Notes: generated from the sequence alone by a model not told the origin. DNA of 64,000 bases from Eledone cirrhosa (GCA_964016885.1 OZ024741.1:227602001-227666000); one strand, 5' to 3'. Shown: positions 1 through 16,066, numbered from the stretch's first letter. Translations and numbers: made by a program.

Positions 1-300
1 ATATATATTTCGATGATAGCCATTGAATGGCTATGACCTCACCAGGCAGTTAGTCAGATATGCTAACTCTGTGTCTATGTGTTTATGGTATCAGTACCTT
101 GGACATATGAGCTTGTTAGGAATAATTTAATGTTGTCAGCAGGAATAATCTTAATTCTCATTGGTCAGTTTGTAGATGCGAGTAGGGTTGGTATTTGACC
201 TCAAAGAGGCTGGTGGTGTTGTAAAGTTCAAACCGTCAGGGAAGGTGACAATAGTTCCATATGACTGATTTCCTCAAAAAGCATTCCTGGTCAGATATAT
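1..300 (-). mobile_element. HHR-bearing pLTR-like repeat (same family as 49370-49690); HHR at 1-50 has a mutated core CTGGTGA
   Basis: Reverse complement matches 49370-49678; stem II atagcca/tggctat followed by GAAA-tatatat. Confidence 0.7.
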
Positions 301-348
301 ATTAAATTGATGTTTATAGTATGAAATTCGATATTACAGGTCATTCTT

Positions 349-467
349 AAATTGAGGAATTTATGTGGGGTGGTACTACTGAAAATTATGGTTAGAGTAG
401 AATACTAGAAAATTTACATATAAAAAGACTTATGTTGGTTGACTTGCACATACACTCACACCCACCC

Positions 468-531
<64 letters not shown>

Positions 532-720
532 CCACACATACAAATTGAGGAATTTATGTGGGGAGGTAATACTGAAAATTATGGTTAGAGTCAAATATTT
601 AGAAAGTTTAGAAATTTTAGAAATAAAAAGACTTATGTTGGTTGACTTGTACATACACTCACACCTACCCCTCAGACACACACATGTACACAAACAAATC
701 CATACAGGTGTGTGTATATA
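349..720. repeat. Two direct copies of a ~190 bp unit, each ending in (CA)-rich sequence
   Basis: aaattgaggaatttatgtgggg...aaaagacttatgttggttgacttg at ~349 and ~542. Confidence 0.75.
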
Positions 721-1223
721 TATATATGTACGCACAAGTGCATATATATATATACAACAGAGGCCCCCAAATCCAAGTATAAGGCAGACATAAAACTAGG
801 TGGGTGTTATTTTTAAAGAAAAGTAAAGGGGTGTTTGGAAAAGTTATTGTTTAGACTAGACAAAAGTAGAGTGTGATATATATCTTCACAGCAATAGCTT
901 GGGGGCTTTGGAGCTTAGGCGAATACCTTAGTACAGACGTATATACCCACCCACACTTTTATACCTCTGGATGCGCGTGTATGTCTATATACACATGTGC
1001 ACTCATACAAGAGAGCATATACAAATATACTCTTAAGCATACACTCGAACATCTATCAATCCAACCTGGGGTATTAGTATTTCGTTGCGTTCACATGAGT
1101 GTGTACATTTACGTAATCCCAATATACACACACAATGCACGGTTGCGGGCACTCATTCATGCGTATAGGGTTAGTACCTTCGAATATAACATCAGTGATC
1201 TCAGTAGACAGGAGGGAGTAGTT

Positions 1224-1268
1224 AGCCTTGATAAGCATCAATAAATGCGAAACAAGGCCTTGTCGGCT
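1224..1268 (+). ncRNA. Type I hammerhead ribozyme, U3-A8 core variant, in a pLTR-like repeat (~1190-1400) related to 16645-17175
   Basis: agcc-TTGATAA-gcat(caataa)atgc-GAAA-caaggccttg-TC-ggct; all three stems pair; GUC cleavage triplet. Confidence 0.75.
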
Positions 1269-1489
1269 TATCTCCCCTTGTTTGCTGAGATTAAAGTAAG
1301 TGAGTTTGTCACTACTCTAAAACAATAGCATACGGTCTTCAAAATGCTTTTAATTAAGCATAAAGTGTATTGCAAAATACATTATATATACATTCATATA
1401 TATGTATATATATGAGATTTTGCATATCCGGAAAGTTTAACGGTTCAACCTCGTCATCCGAATATAACAAACATCAGCACTATTATCAT

Positions 1490-1860
1490 GGCGACCACCA
1501 CCTCCACCACCAACAGCAACAACAACAACACTACTATTGACGTAGATATAGATTTCTCTCGCCTTTGAACTATCGCCATCTTCTTCGACACCATCGCTAC
1601 AATCAACTTAACCACCACCACCACTACCACCACCACAACCACCATCACCACCATCATCACAATCATCACCATTATAATAATCTTCCTGTTCATCAAGCTC
1701 ATGATAAACATCATCAACACTATCATCATCATTCATCAAAACGACCACCTACTCCACCACCACCACCACCACCACCACCACCACCACCACCACAACTACT
1801 ACTACCATGAACATCACTAATACATCACTAACATCATTGCCATCTCTACCACTATCATGA
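1490..1860. repeat. Degenerate (ACC)/(ATC) trinucleotide tract
   Basis: Visible triplet repeats. Confidence 0.9.
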
Positions 1861-1924
1861 TCAGTAAATGAGGGGTCACGACGTTGAGATACCGCATGTT
1901 AACTAGCGACATACTCTCACATTT

Positions 1925-2110
1925 GGTGGATTGGCAGTATCGGTAGAGGGTCGGACGCCATGCTTTGACGCATAGAGTTACGGCCCTTGCCATTCTGAGT
2001 TCAAATCCCGCCGAGGTTAACTTTGCCTTTCATCCTTACGGTGTCGATAAAATAAATTACCAGTAATACACTGGAATCATTGCTGGCCTTGTGCCAAAAG
2101 TAGAAACAAT
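1925..2110 (+). mobile_element. tRNA-derived SINE with Nin/Deu-like central domain (family A)
   Basis: A-box-like tggcagtatcggtag, B box gagttcaaatcc, core tttgcctttcatcc...gtcgataaaataaa.taccag; multicopy in window. Confidence 0.85.
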
Positions 2111-2210
2111 TTTATATCTTTATCTCATATCTTTTATCTGGAATTCTAATCATCAATATCGTCAACATTCTTATCCCTATCATCAGCATTATCATTACTA
2201 CCATCAAAAC

Positions 2211-2246
<36 letters not shown>

Positions 2247-2341
2247 ATTATTTTTATAACACCGCCACTGCATCATTTCCGCTACTACCAACAATCCCAC
2301 TACAAGTACATTCACTCCCATATAATACCAGCCACATGCTA

Positions 2342-2376
<35 letters not shown>

Positions 2377-2377
<1 letters not shown>

Positions 2378-2995
2378 TGTTATACTTTGAGAGGGTCATG
2401 TTGCCAATAAGAAACACACGCACCAGTTGCTTTCACTCCAATTTATTATAAATGAAATTTATAAATTTAAGAATTTATAAATTTCCGGTTGGCTGGTTGG
2501 TTCATACAATGTCAAAGTTCTTTCTTCACACATTCTGTGACCTCTTCAGTGACTGGGGATTCTTCTCTTTGTTTTGTGCCTCTCTTTTGTTCTGTCCTAC
2601 GCCATCTTGTTTTTGTGTGTGTTGTGTGCTTAGTTTGCGCATGTGTTACATCCGAGTGTCTGTGTGTGTTTTTATTTGTTTATTTATTTGTTTATTTACA
2701 TATTACTGGTTGGTTGTTTGTTCCATGTGCGTGTGTTTTCATTTTGTCCTTAATTGTAAGTTGTGATGTTGCTATTCCATTCATGTTTTCTATTTAATTT
2801 TGGTTGGAGTTCATTTATGTTTATTGCCTCTGTGATTTGTCTAAACATTGCGTCTTTTCTGTGTGTAGATTTAATTTTTATTTCTATGTTCTCTAATTTG
2901 CTCTTATGTTCTATTTTAACATATTGGTGGAGTACTGATGAATATTTTCTATCTTGAAGCTCTCGCCAGTGTTCATTTAATCGTTCTCCTATGCT
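2377..2995 (+). mobile_element. pLTR/UTR-like repeat fragment with degenerate HHR-like motif near 2930-2962
   Basis: 2377-2550 is similar to 38665-38840 and 62428-62540; starts at a (TA)n tract. Confidence 0.5.
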
Positions 2996-2999
2996 ACGA

Positions 3000-5400
3000 A
3001 CTGTCCTATGTACACTATATTCTTATCTTTACATTGTCCTTCAGTACATCTTATGCTATATACTATGTTTCTAGTTTTACAGTTAATATGGGGGTTTAGT
3101 TTACAGATTATGCATTTCTTATCTATACAGGGGGGTCTTTGAAAAGGGTATGTATTACTAATAAGTGTGTTTATGGAGGTACCTGATCTTTCTACTATCT
3201 TAATATTTAGTTTAAGTTTATCTAGGGCCCTTCTAAATTTGTAAGCTAATTCACCTCTAGGGGTTGTATTGATGAAGATTACACTCTGGTATTTATTGCT
3301 ATCATACCATGAGTTTATTCTATTAGCCTTATTCCTAGTTCTTTCTATTCTATTCCAAAATGTGCTCCTATACAATGGGCAGGTCCCATTTGTATCATTA
3401 TTTACCATTTCTTCCCATTTGGTTGTGGCTCCTCTATGTACTATGATTTTATCTCTCTGATTGTAACCAGAGAACTGCATACGGTGGATGAAGTGTTGTA
3501 TCTGTCTCTCTAGTTCTTTGGGGTTGCACATGCGGGACACGTTTCTCATCACCCGTACTAAATCCGCAATCAGTATGTTGATTTTGGTGTGATCCGAAAC
3601 AGCTGAGTTTCGGTGGATCAGATATTTGGAAGTCATGCGTTTGGCATAATGGGAATGGGGGATTTGTTTTTTGTTATTAATGGTTTCTAACCAGAGCTCT
3701 GTGTCTAGTACAGGTAATCAATGATTGGGGTGTTTTCTTGGGTAGTCTATAGTCACTTTAATACTCTGGTGGATGTTTTTCTCTAATTCCTGAACGTTCT
3801 CTAGTGGGGGTGATTTTACTACCCTGTTTATATCATCAACGTAGCGAGAGTACATTATCAGGGTTAAGCGGTTGCTGTCTTCTAATTGTTCTTTTAGTTT
3901 ATTGTCCCACCATACCATGAATAGGTTAGCTATGTCACCTGTAATGCTAACACCAATGGCTGCTCCCTCCTCTTGAGCATATGTTTTTCCATTCAATTTG
4001 AAAATATGATTCTTAAGGGTTAGTTTTATACTGGCCCCCACCGCATGTGCAATCATTTTCTTCAGTTCATCATGGTTTTCAGTGGTCCGTATGGCTGTGG
4101 TCCACTCGTTCAATCTTTCTGTGTGGGTTTTCTTGGCCATTGAGGTAATGGTAGGTGGTCTGCCTCTTTCTGGCCTTATGGGGCAGAGGTTGCTAAGGTC
4201 ATACGTATCTAGATAATCATTACTATAAGTAAGTTTAAGTAGGGGTCCCAGCTCACTGGTATCAATCCCATGGAATTCAATATTGCTCTCACTGATCATT
4301 TCTACGCATTTCACCAGGGCAAAATCCACGCCAATGGATGGGTATAGGGACACAACATCCATTCTACCTATTATACAGTCTGTTAGGTCCCTAGATCGGT
4401 TATTTTCGCTGATTCTGCTGAGGAGGTCCTCCGTGCTGTCACATATATCCGGGGACATTTCAATGATGGGGCTTACGATCAGGGAGAGGAAGTAGGACAG
4501 TCTGTAGTTACTAGAAATGTTAGCTCCACTGACTGGCCGTGTTGGCGGTCCTGATACTGGGTCACTGTTCGTCTTATGGTCTTTTCGAAGCCCATACATC
4601 GCTGGCACGTCATTGTTCCAGGCCTGGAGGTTGTGGCAGTCCGTTTATAGGGCTGCATTATGTTTGTCCACATCATCATATGAGCGTTGAGGGTTTTCTT
4701 CCTATACTCATGCTCCTGTGGTGTTACTTCTCTTGTGTTAGTGATGTGGGGCTGTATTGCCTGGATGTAGTTTGACAGACTGTCAACCGACATTCTGCCA
4801 GACTTGTCTGTTTGAAAGCATGCAATCTCTCCATTACGCGAGCGCTACATGAGCTTACGCAAGCCATTTGCAGATTTTTCTCCCAGTTGCTGGGCTTCCA
4901 TTCTATTTTGCTTCTTGCTATACTGTTCTATAATATTTCTAAGTTTAGATCTAGCTATATTAAATTGTGCTTCCGTTTGTTCATCGACCTGCGACGGCAA
5001 TTGCGTGCGTTTGTTAAAAGCTAAAGTTGTGGCGTGGACTCGTCGTAGGTCGAAGGACATATCGGAAGGATTATAAAATGTAGAATTCCAGGCTGCTGCG
5101 TTATGTGTTCTATTGCTATTGTTATTGTTAGTTGTGTGGTTGTTTCCATTTCTATTTCCACCAACAGCCTCATGGTTGTTTCTATGTCTCTCATTATGAC
5201 TCCTGTCTCTTTCCTCTGGCTCATTGTTATTATCTACTCTATTTTGTGTGTCTGTGTGTTGCTCCTTGTTATTTTCTCTGTCAGTATCGATAGTCTGCCT
5301 TCTTTCAATCTTTCCCTTACTTCTGTGTTACTGTCATTAACTGTTTTCTGTGTGTGTGTGTCTTTTAAGATTGTGATGGTGGTGAGAGACATGGCATTAT
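3000..5400 (-). pseudogene. Penelope-like element ORF (RT plus start of GIY-YIG endonuclease), frameshifted and truncated just after the YIG motif
   Basis: DKSG-like motif, MYGLRKDHK..RPV, DVVSLYPSI, QEEGAAIG, YSRYVDDI, then CxxxxCxxC..CKTRNIVYSIRC..VYIGQ. Confidence 0.9.
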
Positions 5401-5410
5401 ATGGGAGTGA

Positions 5411-5463
<53 letters not shown>

Positions 5464-5489
5464 AAAATCTGTTTTAAGCCAGAAGGATC

Positions 5490-5748
5490 ATTTGGCCGGT
5501 TCTTATCCGGTTATTTGGTTTTTCATGGAGTAAAGTGACTGCTGAGAGTATAAGACTCCCCCTGGACAGGACACCAGTCAATCGCAGGGTTAAACCCCGA
5601 GCTATTGCTGGTACTCATTTTCAGCTGAGTATACTGGAGCAACGTGAAATGAAGTGTTTTGCTCAAGGACACAACACGCAACCCAGGAATCGAACCCGAC
5701 ATTATGAACGTATGTCCAACACCCTTACCACTAGACCACGTGCCTCCA
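5490..5748 (-). mobile_element. tRNA-derived SINE (family B) with CORE-like and V-domain-like segments
   Basis: A box tggtctagtgg, B box ggttcgattcc, gtgtccttgagcaaaacactt, ccctgcgattgactggtgtcctgtccaggg. Confidence 0.8.
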
Positions 5749-5751
5749 CAC

Positions 5752-5809
<58 letters not shown>

Positions 5810-6705
5810 GTATACATATACACACATACACACACCCATGTGCCTTCATCAGCAATTCCTAGTGCAGAACCTTGTAACTATACATATGTTTATGGCCTCG
5901 TAGTTAACTCAAACCAAACTGTCGCATAAACCAAATGTAAAATTTGAATATGGACCTCTTTGTGTACATCTTCATTTCATATAGTTCTATTTATTTTGGA
6001 TTCCAGAAATGCAAAATAGAAATTATATAACAATAACTATTTACGAAATGCATGAACAGTATATTTTGATATTCACCTCGGACACTATACTTCCGTTCGC
6101 TGTCAATTTTGCTCTTCCGAACATTCAACGGGGTACTTGAGTATGTTTGCATTGGTTCTGCATCAGGGCTTTACCCATTCGAGACTAATCCCCGAGAAAT
6201 AATTCATTCTTTTTTTGGTGAACTTCCAGCCCACCTGGACTGGAGTCTCCACTTCAGTTCTTCTAATACTCCTGCTTACACACTATGTTTATCTGCAATG
6301 CGTGTTTACGCCTATGAAACGTCAAAATGAGAATCCCATATATGTGTATTTACGTGTACGCATGTGAACCAATAAATCTACACATGCGTACACATTGTGA
6401 ATGCATTTGTGTGTGCATCCTTGACTAAATCCGAATTATCTACACAGTGTCTGTGTAGATATGTCGGTTTTGTGGCTTATATTATCACTGAGTTTGCGTG
6501 TTCAGTTTCCGTATATATGTATTTACATATGCGAAATTAACTGTACATGTGTTTATTTGCCTGCATGCTCACACTAACGTCCTTGACGTCATACTTATCT
6601 CTCCTTTCACCACACTTACTTCCTCTTTACAAATGCTATGATTTAAAACAAGTCCAAACATGTCTGCATTTTCTTGCTTCCATTTTTTTCTGAATTTGTT
6701 TCTCT

Positions 6706-6740
6706 ATTTTCTGAAGAAGAGTGTAGCCCAAAACGTAATG
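6706..6740 (+). ncRNA. Degenerate minimal HHR relic of a Neptune-type pLTR
   Basis: CTGAAGA-agagtgtagccc-AAAACGTA; GAAA is mutated. Confidence 0.4.
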
Positions 6741-6832
6741 CACTAATGCTTACATACCTCCTGGGCTATCATTTTCAGGTTTGGTCATTTTCCGTCGAGT
6801 CCTCGTTTTTTGTTGTTTTTTTATTTCGTTCA

Positions 6833-6920
6833 CTACGAGGGTCGGCTGAAAAGTTAATATGCTGACCAAAATACTTTCATGGAATGACTAGACGAGATTT
6901 ATTTTTTTAACATAGTCCCT
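6833..6920 (+). mobile_element. Possible Tc1/mariner terminal inverted repeat fragment
   Basis: TA-CGAGGGTCGGCTGAAAAGTT resembles mariner termini; no partner end seen. Confidence 0.4.
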
Positions 6921-7034
6921 GGAAAGAAGCAATGCAGCAGTTATCATTAAGAATTGAAATTAATGCATCCAAGATTTCACAGATCTATATTCAAGATTCA
7001 CAGCTCTATATCCAAGATGGCCGACTGAATACGC

Positions 7035-8212
<1,178 letters not shown>

Positions 8213-8213
8213 T

Positions 8214-8470
8214 ATTAAAGAGTTAAACAAGATTCAATGAGTACATCAAAGAATGAGTTTTCAGTAGATTGGAAGCACTCTACAAAAAAATAATTTTCTA
8301 GAGTTATTAATATTAAAATACAAATATTAATAAAATAGATATTCTTTTGATCAATTAAATTTTATTATACATATTTAAGAGGTACAACAGTACGTCCTCA
8401 TCAGACAAAATATAATGATACATGACACCTTGAGATGTTAAATGGTTAAGATTTAATCAAGGTAGTGATT
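8214..8470 (-). mobile_element. HHR-bearing terminal repeat (family H1) abutting (TA)n; HHR at 8360-8410 with damaged GAAA
   Basis: Homologous to 16067-16290; minus strand reads ttttgtCTGATGAggacgtac. Confidence 0.7.
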
Positions 8471-9149
8471 AATCTAAGAGAAAACTCAACATTTATACCC
8501 TAATAATGAGAAAATGCGAAAACGTAATAAATTCAATAGAGGATGTATGAGTAAGAAAAACGTTGCTTAATGTGACAGCTATAGAGATTTTAAAATGTGG
8601 GATACTACAAGTTATGGTTATCTAGGAAAACATCTCTTGAATTATAACTGCTTATGGAGGCAACTGATAGAAGATTTAAAGGGAGGGATAGATAAAGGGG
8701 AGTAATATATGCAGAACATTTTTTTTTTCCTTGAAGGCTAAACGGTTAAGTTTCAAAATATTTAATTTATGTTATTTTAAGGGTGAAGAATCCAAATTTT
8801 AAGTTTTTTTAAAAGTTATTTATATTTATTAATTTTATAAATTCTATAAATGTGTTAATATTTCTAAAATTCTGAATTTTATGAGGACAAAATTTAAAGA
8901 ATTTACTTGGCCAACGAAAGGAAAATTTACACTGTTGAATATTTTCCTAAATGTAATCTTTAACGAAAATTACCTATAAGAATGTCAACATTTTCGGTAT
9001 GTAAAGCTTATGAAGTACTTATTGTTAGAAATATCTACAAATTATTTGTCAAGTAGTTAGTGTAATGATTAACGCAGATTTTACTAAAGTTAAATACATA
9101 CATATATATAGAAGGAGTGTAAACGCATGGATGATTCACAGTTCGAAGG

Positions 9150-11720
9150 CTAAAGGAATAGGGGTGGGGAGTTCAGGTCGGGGGGTGAGTGGGTCTGGTG
9201 GGTGAAGATGGTGCGTTGTTCGACCGTGAGGTGGTTGGCGGGGGTTCCATGGCATTGCAGTAGGCCACAGACTATGAGGTGGAGGGCGGAATGTCCAGCG
9301 GAAGGCGTGCTGGACAGAGAGAGAGTGGCCGTTGAGAACATGGATGGTGATGTTTGTGATGTGGGGGCAGGTGTGGCAACGAGGCCTGGAGAAGGGAAGT
9401 GAACCGGCGGGGGCGGGATTGGAGGGTAGGGAACTGTGGACGAGGAGGGTGCGGAGATTGCGTGCGCGTTTGAAGGAGGGGAGGGGTGGGGATGGGAAGT
9501 TTGGGGAAGTTGAGAGGTCGGACTGGAGGAGGAGGATGTTGCGGTGGAGGGGTAGGGGGAGGAGTGGAGGTGATGGGGAAGGGGAGACGGTGGGTGTGCG
9601 GTGGCGTGGGGTGGGGCGGTGGAACGATGGACAGCACGGGCGCGAGTGAGGGCGGTGTGGACGAGAGAGGGGGGTAACCTCGCTGGATGAAATGGCTGAC
9701 TAGGGAAAGGGCTTGGGACTCAAAGTCAGCATCTCGGCTGCAGAAGCGGCGGATCCGGAGGAGTTGGGAGTAGGGAATAGAGTGTTTAGTGTGTGTAGGG
9801 TGGGAGGAGGCGAAGTCGAGGTAGGAGTGGGAGTCAGTGGGTTTTAAGAAGGCGGAGGTGACGAGGGAGCGGTGGGAGAGGTCGAAGGCGCTGGAGATGT
9901 CTAAGAAGTGGATGTGGGTGGTGGAGGTAGAGGTGGTGAAGTGGAGGGAGGGGTGGAAGGAGCAGAAGAAGGAGAGAAAGGAGTCGAGCTGTTCTCGTGC
10001 GAGGGTCGTGGCTCCGATGTAATCGTCGATGTAACGACCGTACAGTTCTAGCGTGGGGCCGGTGTTCTGGGCAAAGATTTGGGCCTCAATATTTCCAACG
10101 AAAAAATTGGCATAGTTTGGGCCCATTATTGTGCCCATGGCTACCCCCCTGAGCTGTTGGTAAAACACACCCGAGAAGGAGAAGCAGTTGAGGGTGAGGA
10201 CCAGCTCGGCGAGGCGAAGGAGGTGGGTGGGGGGGGGGGGGGTGGAGGAGAGGCGAAGGCCGAGGTAGTGCCGGAGGGCACGTAGGCCGTTGTAGTGGGG
10301 GATGACAGTCTAGAGGACTGGATATCTAGGGTAAAGAGGAGGGGATGTGGGCCGGGTAGGAAAGTGAAGGAGTCGAACAGGCGAAGGGCGTGGTTGGTGT
10401 CGGGATGAAGACGAAGATGGAGTGGGCGAGGAGGCGGTGGCATGAGGAGTTAAGGTGGGAAGGGTTGGGGTGAGTTTGTAGTCAAGGTTGCGGATGGTGG
10501 AGAGGGAGGAGCGGATGGAATTGCGTATTAGGAAGCGCGAGGATCGGGTGAGGATATGTTGGGTGGAGAGGGAAGCGGAGGGGGAGGTGTGGTAGTTTAG
10601 TCGGAAGCCAAGGGGGATGTGGTGGAGGTGGAGGCAGCGGCTGAGGAAATGCATGTGGTTGGAATGCCGGGTTTTGGCGAAGAGAAGGTAGGAGAGTTGG
10701 AGGGCCGAGGGGAGATTGCAGAGTGGGAGAAGGCTGTGTGGAGTTGGTGGATAAAATATCTCAGGCTGGGCATGGTGGGCGAGGAGTAAAAGCGGGAGGA
10801 GGTTGATGCGGGGTGGGGGGCACGGAGGGGTAAGGGCGAAGGGGTAGACAGAGACGGGGGAGGGAAAATCAAACATAAAAAAAACAAAAAAAATATCGTG
10901 AGGGGAAAGTATTCACAGGAAAGCAGGGACAAAAAAAAAACAAAAGCAAAAAAATCGTAATCAGAGATGAACACAGGATATCATGGAAAAAACATAAACT
11001 AAAATTCAAAAGCAGAAAAAATACAGTAATAAATAAATAAATAATGCAAATAGGAAAAAAGGAAAAAATAGGAAAAAGTAACAAGCAAAGAAAATGTTGT
11101 GGGGGACTATGGGGAAGTTCAGAGGGTGGTCACGGCGGATTAAATCGGGGTTGAGCCGGTAGTAAAGGTGGTATCCAAGGTGGTGTGGAAGCCGTGTAAG
11201 CGTGTATTGTATAGTGCAAATTTAGACGGGAACACAACAGAGAGGCAGACAAATAAAGGTTTATTAAGTTCACGCTCTTGAGAGTGTGTGTGTGGGGAGG
11301 GGGGGTGATGTTTCGGACATAAGCCCTTCTTCAGGAGTAAATAGGTTAGGAAGAGAGTTCCGAGGGTGTATGGAAATACATTTAGAGAAAAGGGGGGAAG
11401 GAGAACAAATAAAAATAAAAATAAACGTAAAAATAAACATAAGAATAAACTATAAGATGAACAAGTGGTGGAAGGGTGGTGGCGGGTAAGGGTGGTGGCG
11501 GGTGGAGTTGAGAGAGGGAGGCGGGGGGTCGAAGCGGGGAAGGCTGAAGGTGGTGTTTGTGTATGTGTGTAGGTGTACGTGAGTGTGTGTACGTGTGTAT
11601 GTGAGAGGAAGAACGATATATATATATATATATATGAATAACAGTGACAGTAACAGGAGACAAGCCAGCTATTTAACTGCAACTACCACCAAACCACCGA
11701 GGAAGGGATAAACGAAAATG
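9150..11720 (-). mobile_element. Neptune-type Penelope-like element, internally deleted; pLTR/5' region ~10870-11720, RT ~9650-10450, GIY-YIG C-terminal remnant ~9150-9300
   Basis: LFTLDIQS, FYQQLRGVAMGTIMGPNYAN, YGRYIDD, FLDI, KPTDSHSYLDFASSHP, SIPYSQLLRIRRFCS, EQRTIF..PPDLN. Confidence 0.9.
11305..11340 (-). ncRNA. Minimal HHR motif in Neptune pLTR (second copy at 19395-19425, + strand)
   Basis: ctcCTGAAGA-agggcttatgtcc-GAAAC. Confidence 0.65.
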
Positions 11721-11812
11721 TTAGTTTTATATATATATGTAAACTATGTTCAATAACCCCTTCTAATTAATATACACCTTAATTTTATTATAAACTTTTT
11801 ATCATATTTCCA

Positions 11813-11858
11813 CTAGTATGAAGAAGTCGAAACATTTATCGGCAGAAACCGGTACTAT
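11813..11858 (+). ncRNA. HHR-like motif with A at core position 3 (second copy at 18866-18911, - strand)
   Basis: tagt-ATGAAGA-agtcga..tcggc(t/a)-GAA-ACCGGT-A-cta; palindromic stem III typical of PLE minimal HHRs. Confidence 0.55.
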
Positions 11859-11929
11859 AAATTAATTTAAAAGAATGTTTTGCTGTTATTCTATGAGAAA
11901 ATCCTATCAGCATTTTCTACAGCTTTTCG

Positions 11930-12102
<173 letters not shown>

Positions 12103-12212
12103 AATTAGTATATCTACCAACATATATATACAGATGCATACCTATGCTAGCAAATATATAGGTTTTGTCTTAGTAACTTTGTGGTTCAATGCAAGGGGAT
12201 GCAGAACAATAA

Positions 12213-13011
<799 letters not shown>

Positions 13012-13485
13012 GTATAAAAGAGAAAACACAGGTAAATATTAAGAGAAGGATTTTATCCAGGTATTTACGACCGTTTCATTGGTAAGTGCAACTTTATATT
13101 CCTATACTGCAAATATCAGCCACTCAATTATAATTGTTGTTCACAGTCCAAATTTTCAAAATAGTAAGTTGCTCTTGAAATAATTCTTAATATATAGAGA
13201 AAAACATTTATTTGGAATTGTATTTACTAGTATAGAGAGAGAGGAATCAGAAGGTGAGGGGACAGACGGAATAGTATAGAGAGAGAAGAAGGGGGAAGAG
13301 GTAGCAGGTAGAGTGACAGACTGAGATGGAGGGAGGGGTAGAGGTGCAAGGATTCTCTGGTCAGTTTTGATAGCAGACTTCATGTCGTGGAATGTAGTGA
13401 GTTAAAGAGAATTAAATTGATCATAGTGGGAGGGATGGATAGAGAGGGAGAGAGAGGGAGAGAGAGAGGAGGGAGATATAAAGAG

Positions 13486-13547
<62 letters not shown>

Positions 13548-13622
13548 AAGATAAAATAATAATGACAAAAATAAAAGCAAAGAAGGGGGTGAGAAAGAAG
13601 AAAAGAAAAGATAACCAAGAAA

Positions 13623-14330
13623 GTTACTCTACTACGCTTAACATAGCATACCACATAGCTAGTAGCAATAAAAGAAAAATTAATTCTTACTTCCAACAAA
13701 CTAAATCACAACAGGCGATAAACCTTCATAATAACATTATATCAATTAACCCTAATAACAATAGTAATAATAGTAATAGCACTAGTGTAAGTAATAACGC
13801 TGGGAACATCAACCCCCATAACTATAATCCTATAGCTACCATCCGGATTTCTACACAACATAATATCCGGCAGACTAACCCAGAATAATTGTAACTGTAG
13901 ATAAAATAGAACCTGCCCTTTAGATAAAAAAATGCTTAATCAAGGATATAATATACTCATGCACGGTCACAACTAGCAACTCTTCTGAAATCTATATAGG
14001 CTCTACTTCAAACTGCTTCAAAACTAGATACAATTCGCACCTCCACTCTTTCAAAAAACACAGTTTAGCCAACTCCACTTCACTATCTAGCTACATAAAC
14101 TATCTAAAAACTAAAAATAAATCTTATACACTTAAATGGGAAGTGATAGGTAACGCGACATCGTACAAACCACCTAATACATTTTGTAACCTCTGTCTAC
14201 TAGAGACCCATACTATTATCTTCTCAAACCGTAACCTCCTTAATAAAAAATCAGAAGTGTTCGCGTCTTGCCAGCACCGCTTCCGACTCTCCTTCCAAAA
14301 CTTTAAACCCAATATATAACAATGTCAGAC
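13623..14330 (+). pseudogene. Naiad-type PLE 3' fragment: linker plus GIY-YIG endonuclease
   Basis: SYSTTLNI..; IYSCTVTTSNSSEIYIGSTSNCFKTRYNSH..STSLSSY..LKWEVI..CNLCLLE..LLNKKSEVFASCQH. Confidence 0.85.
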
Positions 14331-16024
14331 TTGAAACCGTCACCACCTCTAGCAACAAACCTCAAGAGCACACCTTACACCACATCTCCACACTCAATGA
14401 TCCACATTAACACAAATAGTGAATTCCTTCTAGAACCTTTTACCCTAGAGATATCCCCATGTACATCTGCTTTTGGTATAATTGCCTTCAATTACTTAGA
14501 CTACATTACACCACTATATAATTAATGTAAACTTTAAACACTGAATGGGTTGTGCTAATGTTGTTCTGTGTATGGAGTGCCATCATTGGATAAATGGAAG
14601 ATTAATTAATTTATTAACATAAAGAACTATATAAGCTTTATGCTGGGTACAATGAATTATGTGCAAGTGATATATGAGTTGTACATACATGTATGACTTG
14701 ATGGTCAGATTGGTGACATTGTAAGTGAGAATTAATCTCTGGTCTACCCTAGTGATATTTACCTTTGCCATGCAATCTGACATGCACTGACCCAGAGCTT
14801 ACCGGGAGTTATATATAGAAGTGATTATAATAAAACCCTGCCAGGTTCTGCGGGTAGACTACACTTACAAAAATCATTGATTTGGGAATCTGACTCTTCA
14901 TGTAGAATATTCAGTTGTGGCACTCTATGATAGAGGGTAATCATCCTAATATGAACACCTTTAGTACTTCTTCATAGACTAGACTGTAATTTAAAGATAG
15001 GATACTTATACTTAGAAACTGTTTATAACCTATATGATAGAGACTCATGTGTGATACCATTTAATGTACATTAGGATAATATATTTTAGTTATAGAAATC
15101 AGCTAGTTACCTCCCCTCACGCATTAACTCCCCTTAATCACACACACACATTTCCGGAAAATAATACGATGTTAAGCCTCGCAACAAAAACAACCTGCTC
15201 TATAATATTGGATTAAAGAACATCAAGCTGTAATATTCCAACCTAATTCATCAAGCATCCAATATTGAATCATCGTAGATTATGTGAAGAACATATAATC
15301 TATATATTACGTTTCCTGGATTGTGAAAATGGTGGTGTATACGAAAAACCATAACACTGTTTTGCTTCTCATAACTTAATATTTTAAATATTTCTCTGCA
15401 CACAAGCTTCTATATCATACATATAAAATACTATACAACCCCCATAATACTCTTGATTGCCCGCTTAAAGTGCTTATATTCCATATAACACCTTACCGCA
15501 CTATAATCTTATATAAATAGGACACACGTGCATGCCCCACGTGTAACTAACTACTTCTAACTATCCTCCTGCATCATCTTCGTAAACTGCCAATGTTGTA
15601 TTATAACTTTAATTTTGTTGTAATGTTCTTTTAATATGACTTTAATCTTTAAATGTAAACTGCCATGCTTAAATATTATAATGGATGTTAACCCACTGTG
15701 CATCAATATATACATATGTTTCTGTATGTCTCTTGTGTTGAAAAGGAGGTCAAGTATGTAAACAATCATTGAAAAATTGCTCCGAAGACTTCAAATCTCG
15801 GTTTGGAAGAAACAATTGTAAGCGAATAAATGATTTGAACAGAACTTTGATTCATGTAATTTCTATATAACTGCTCTGTAGAACAATTGATGTTATTACA
15901 TTGAGCTATTTATCTTACTGGTATTAAGGTAGTAATAAATTACTGTCTTTCACTGTTTAGGGCTTAAAATATATATAACTATAAAAGGTTTTAGTATATA
16001 CATAACCATAAATAGTATCCTTAA

Positions 16025-16066
<42 letters not shown>

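Noticed and set aside
14540-16020. Possible decayed LINE fragments
   Set aside because: Too degraded to support a call without a database search.
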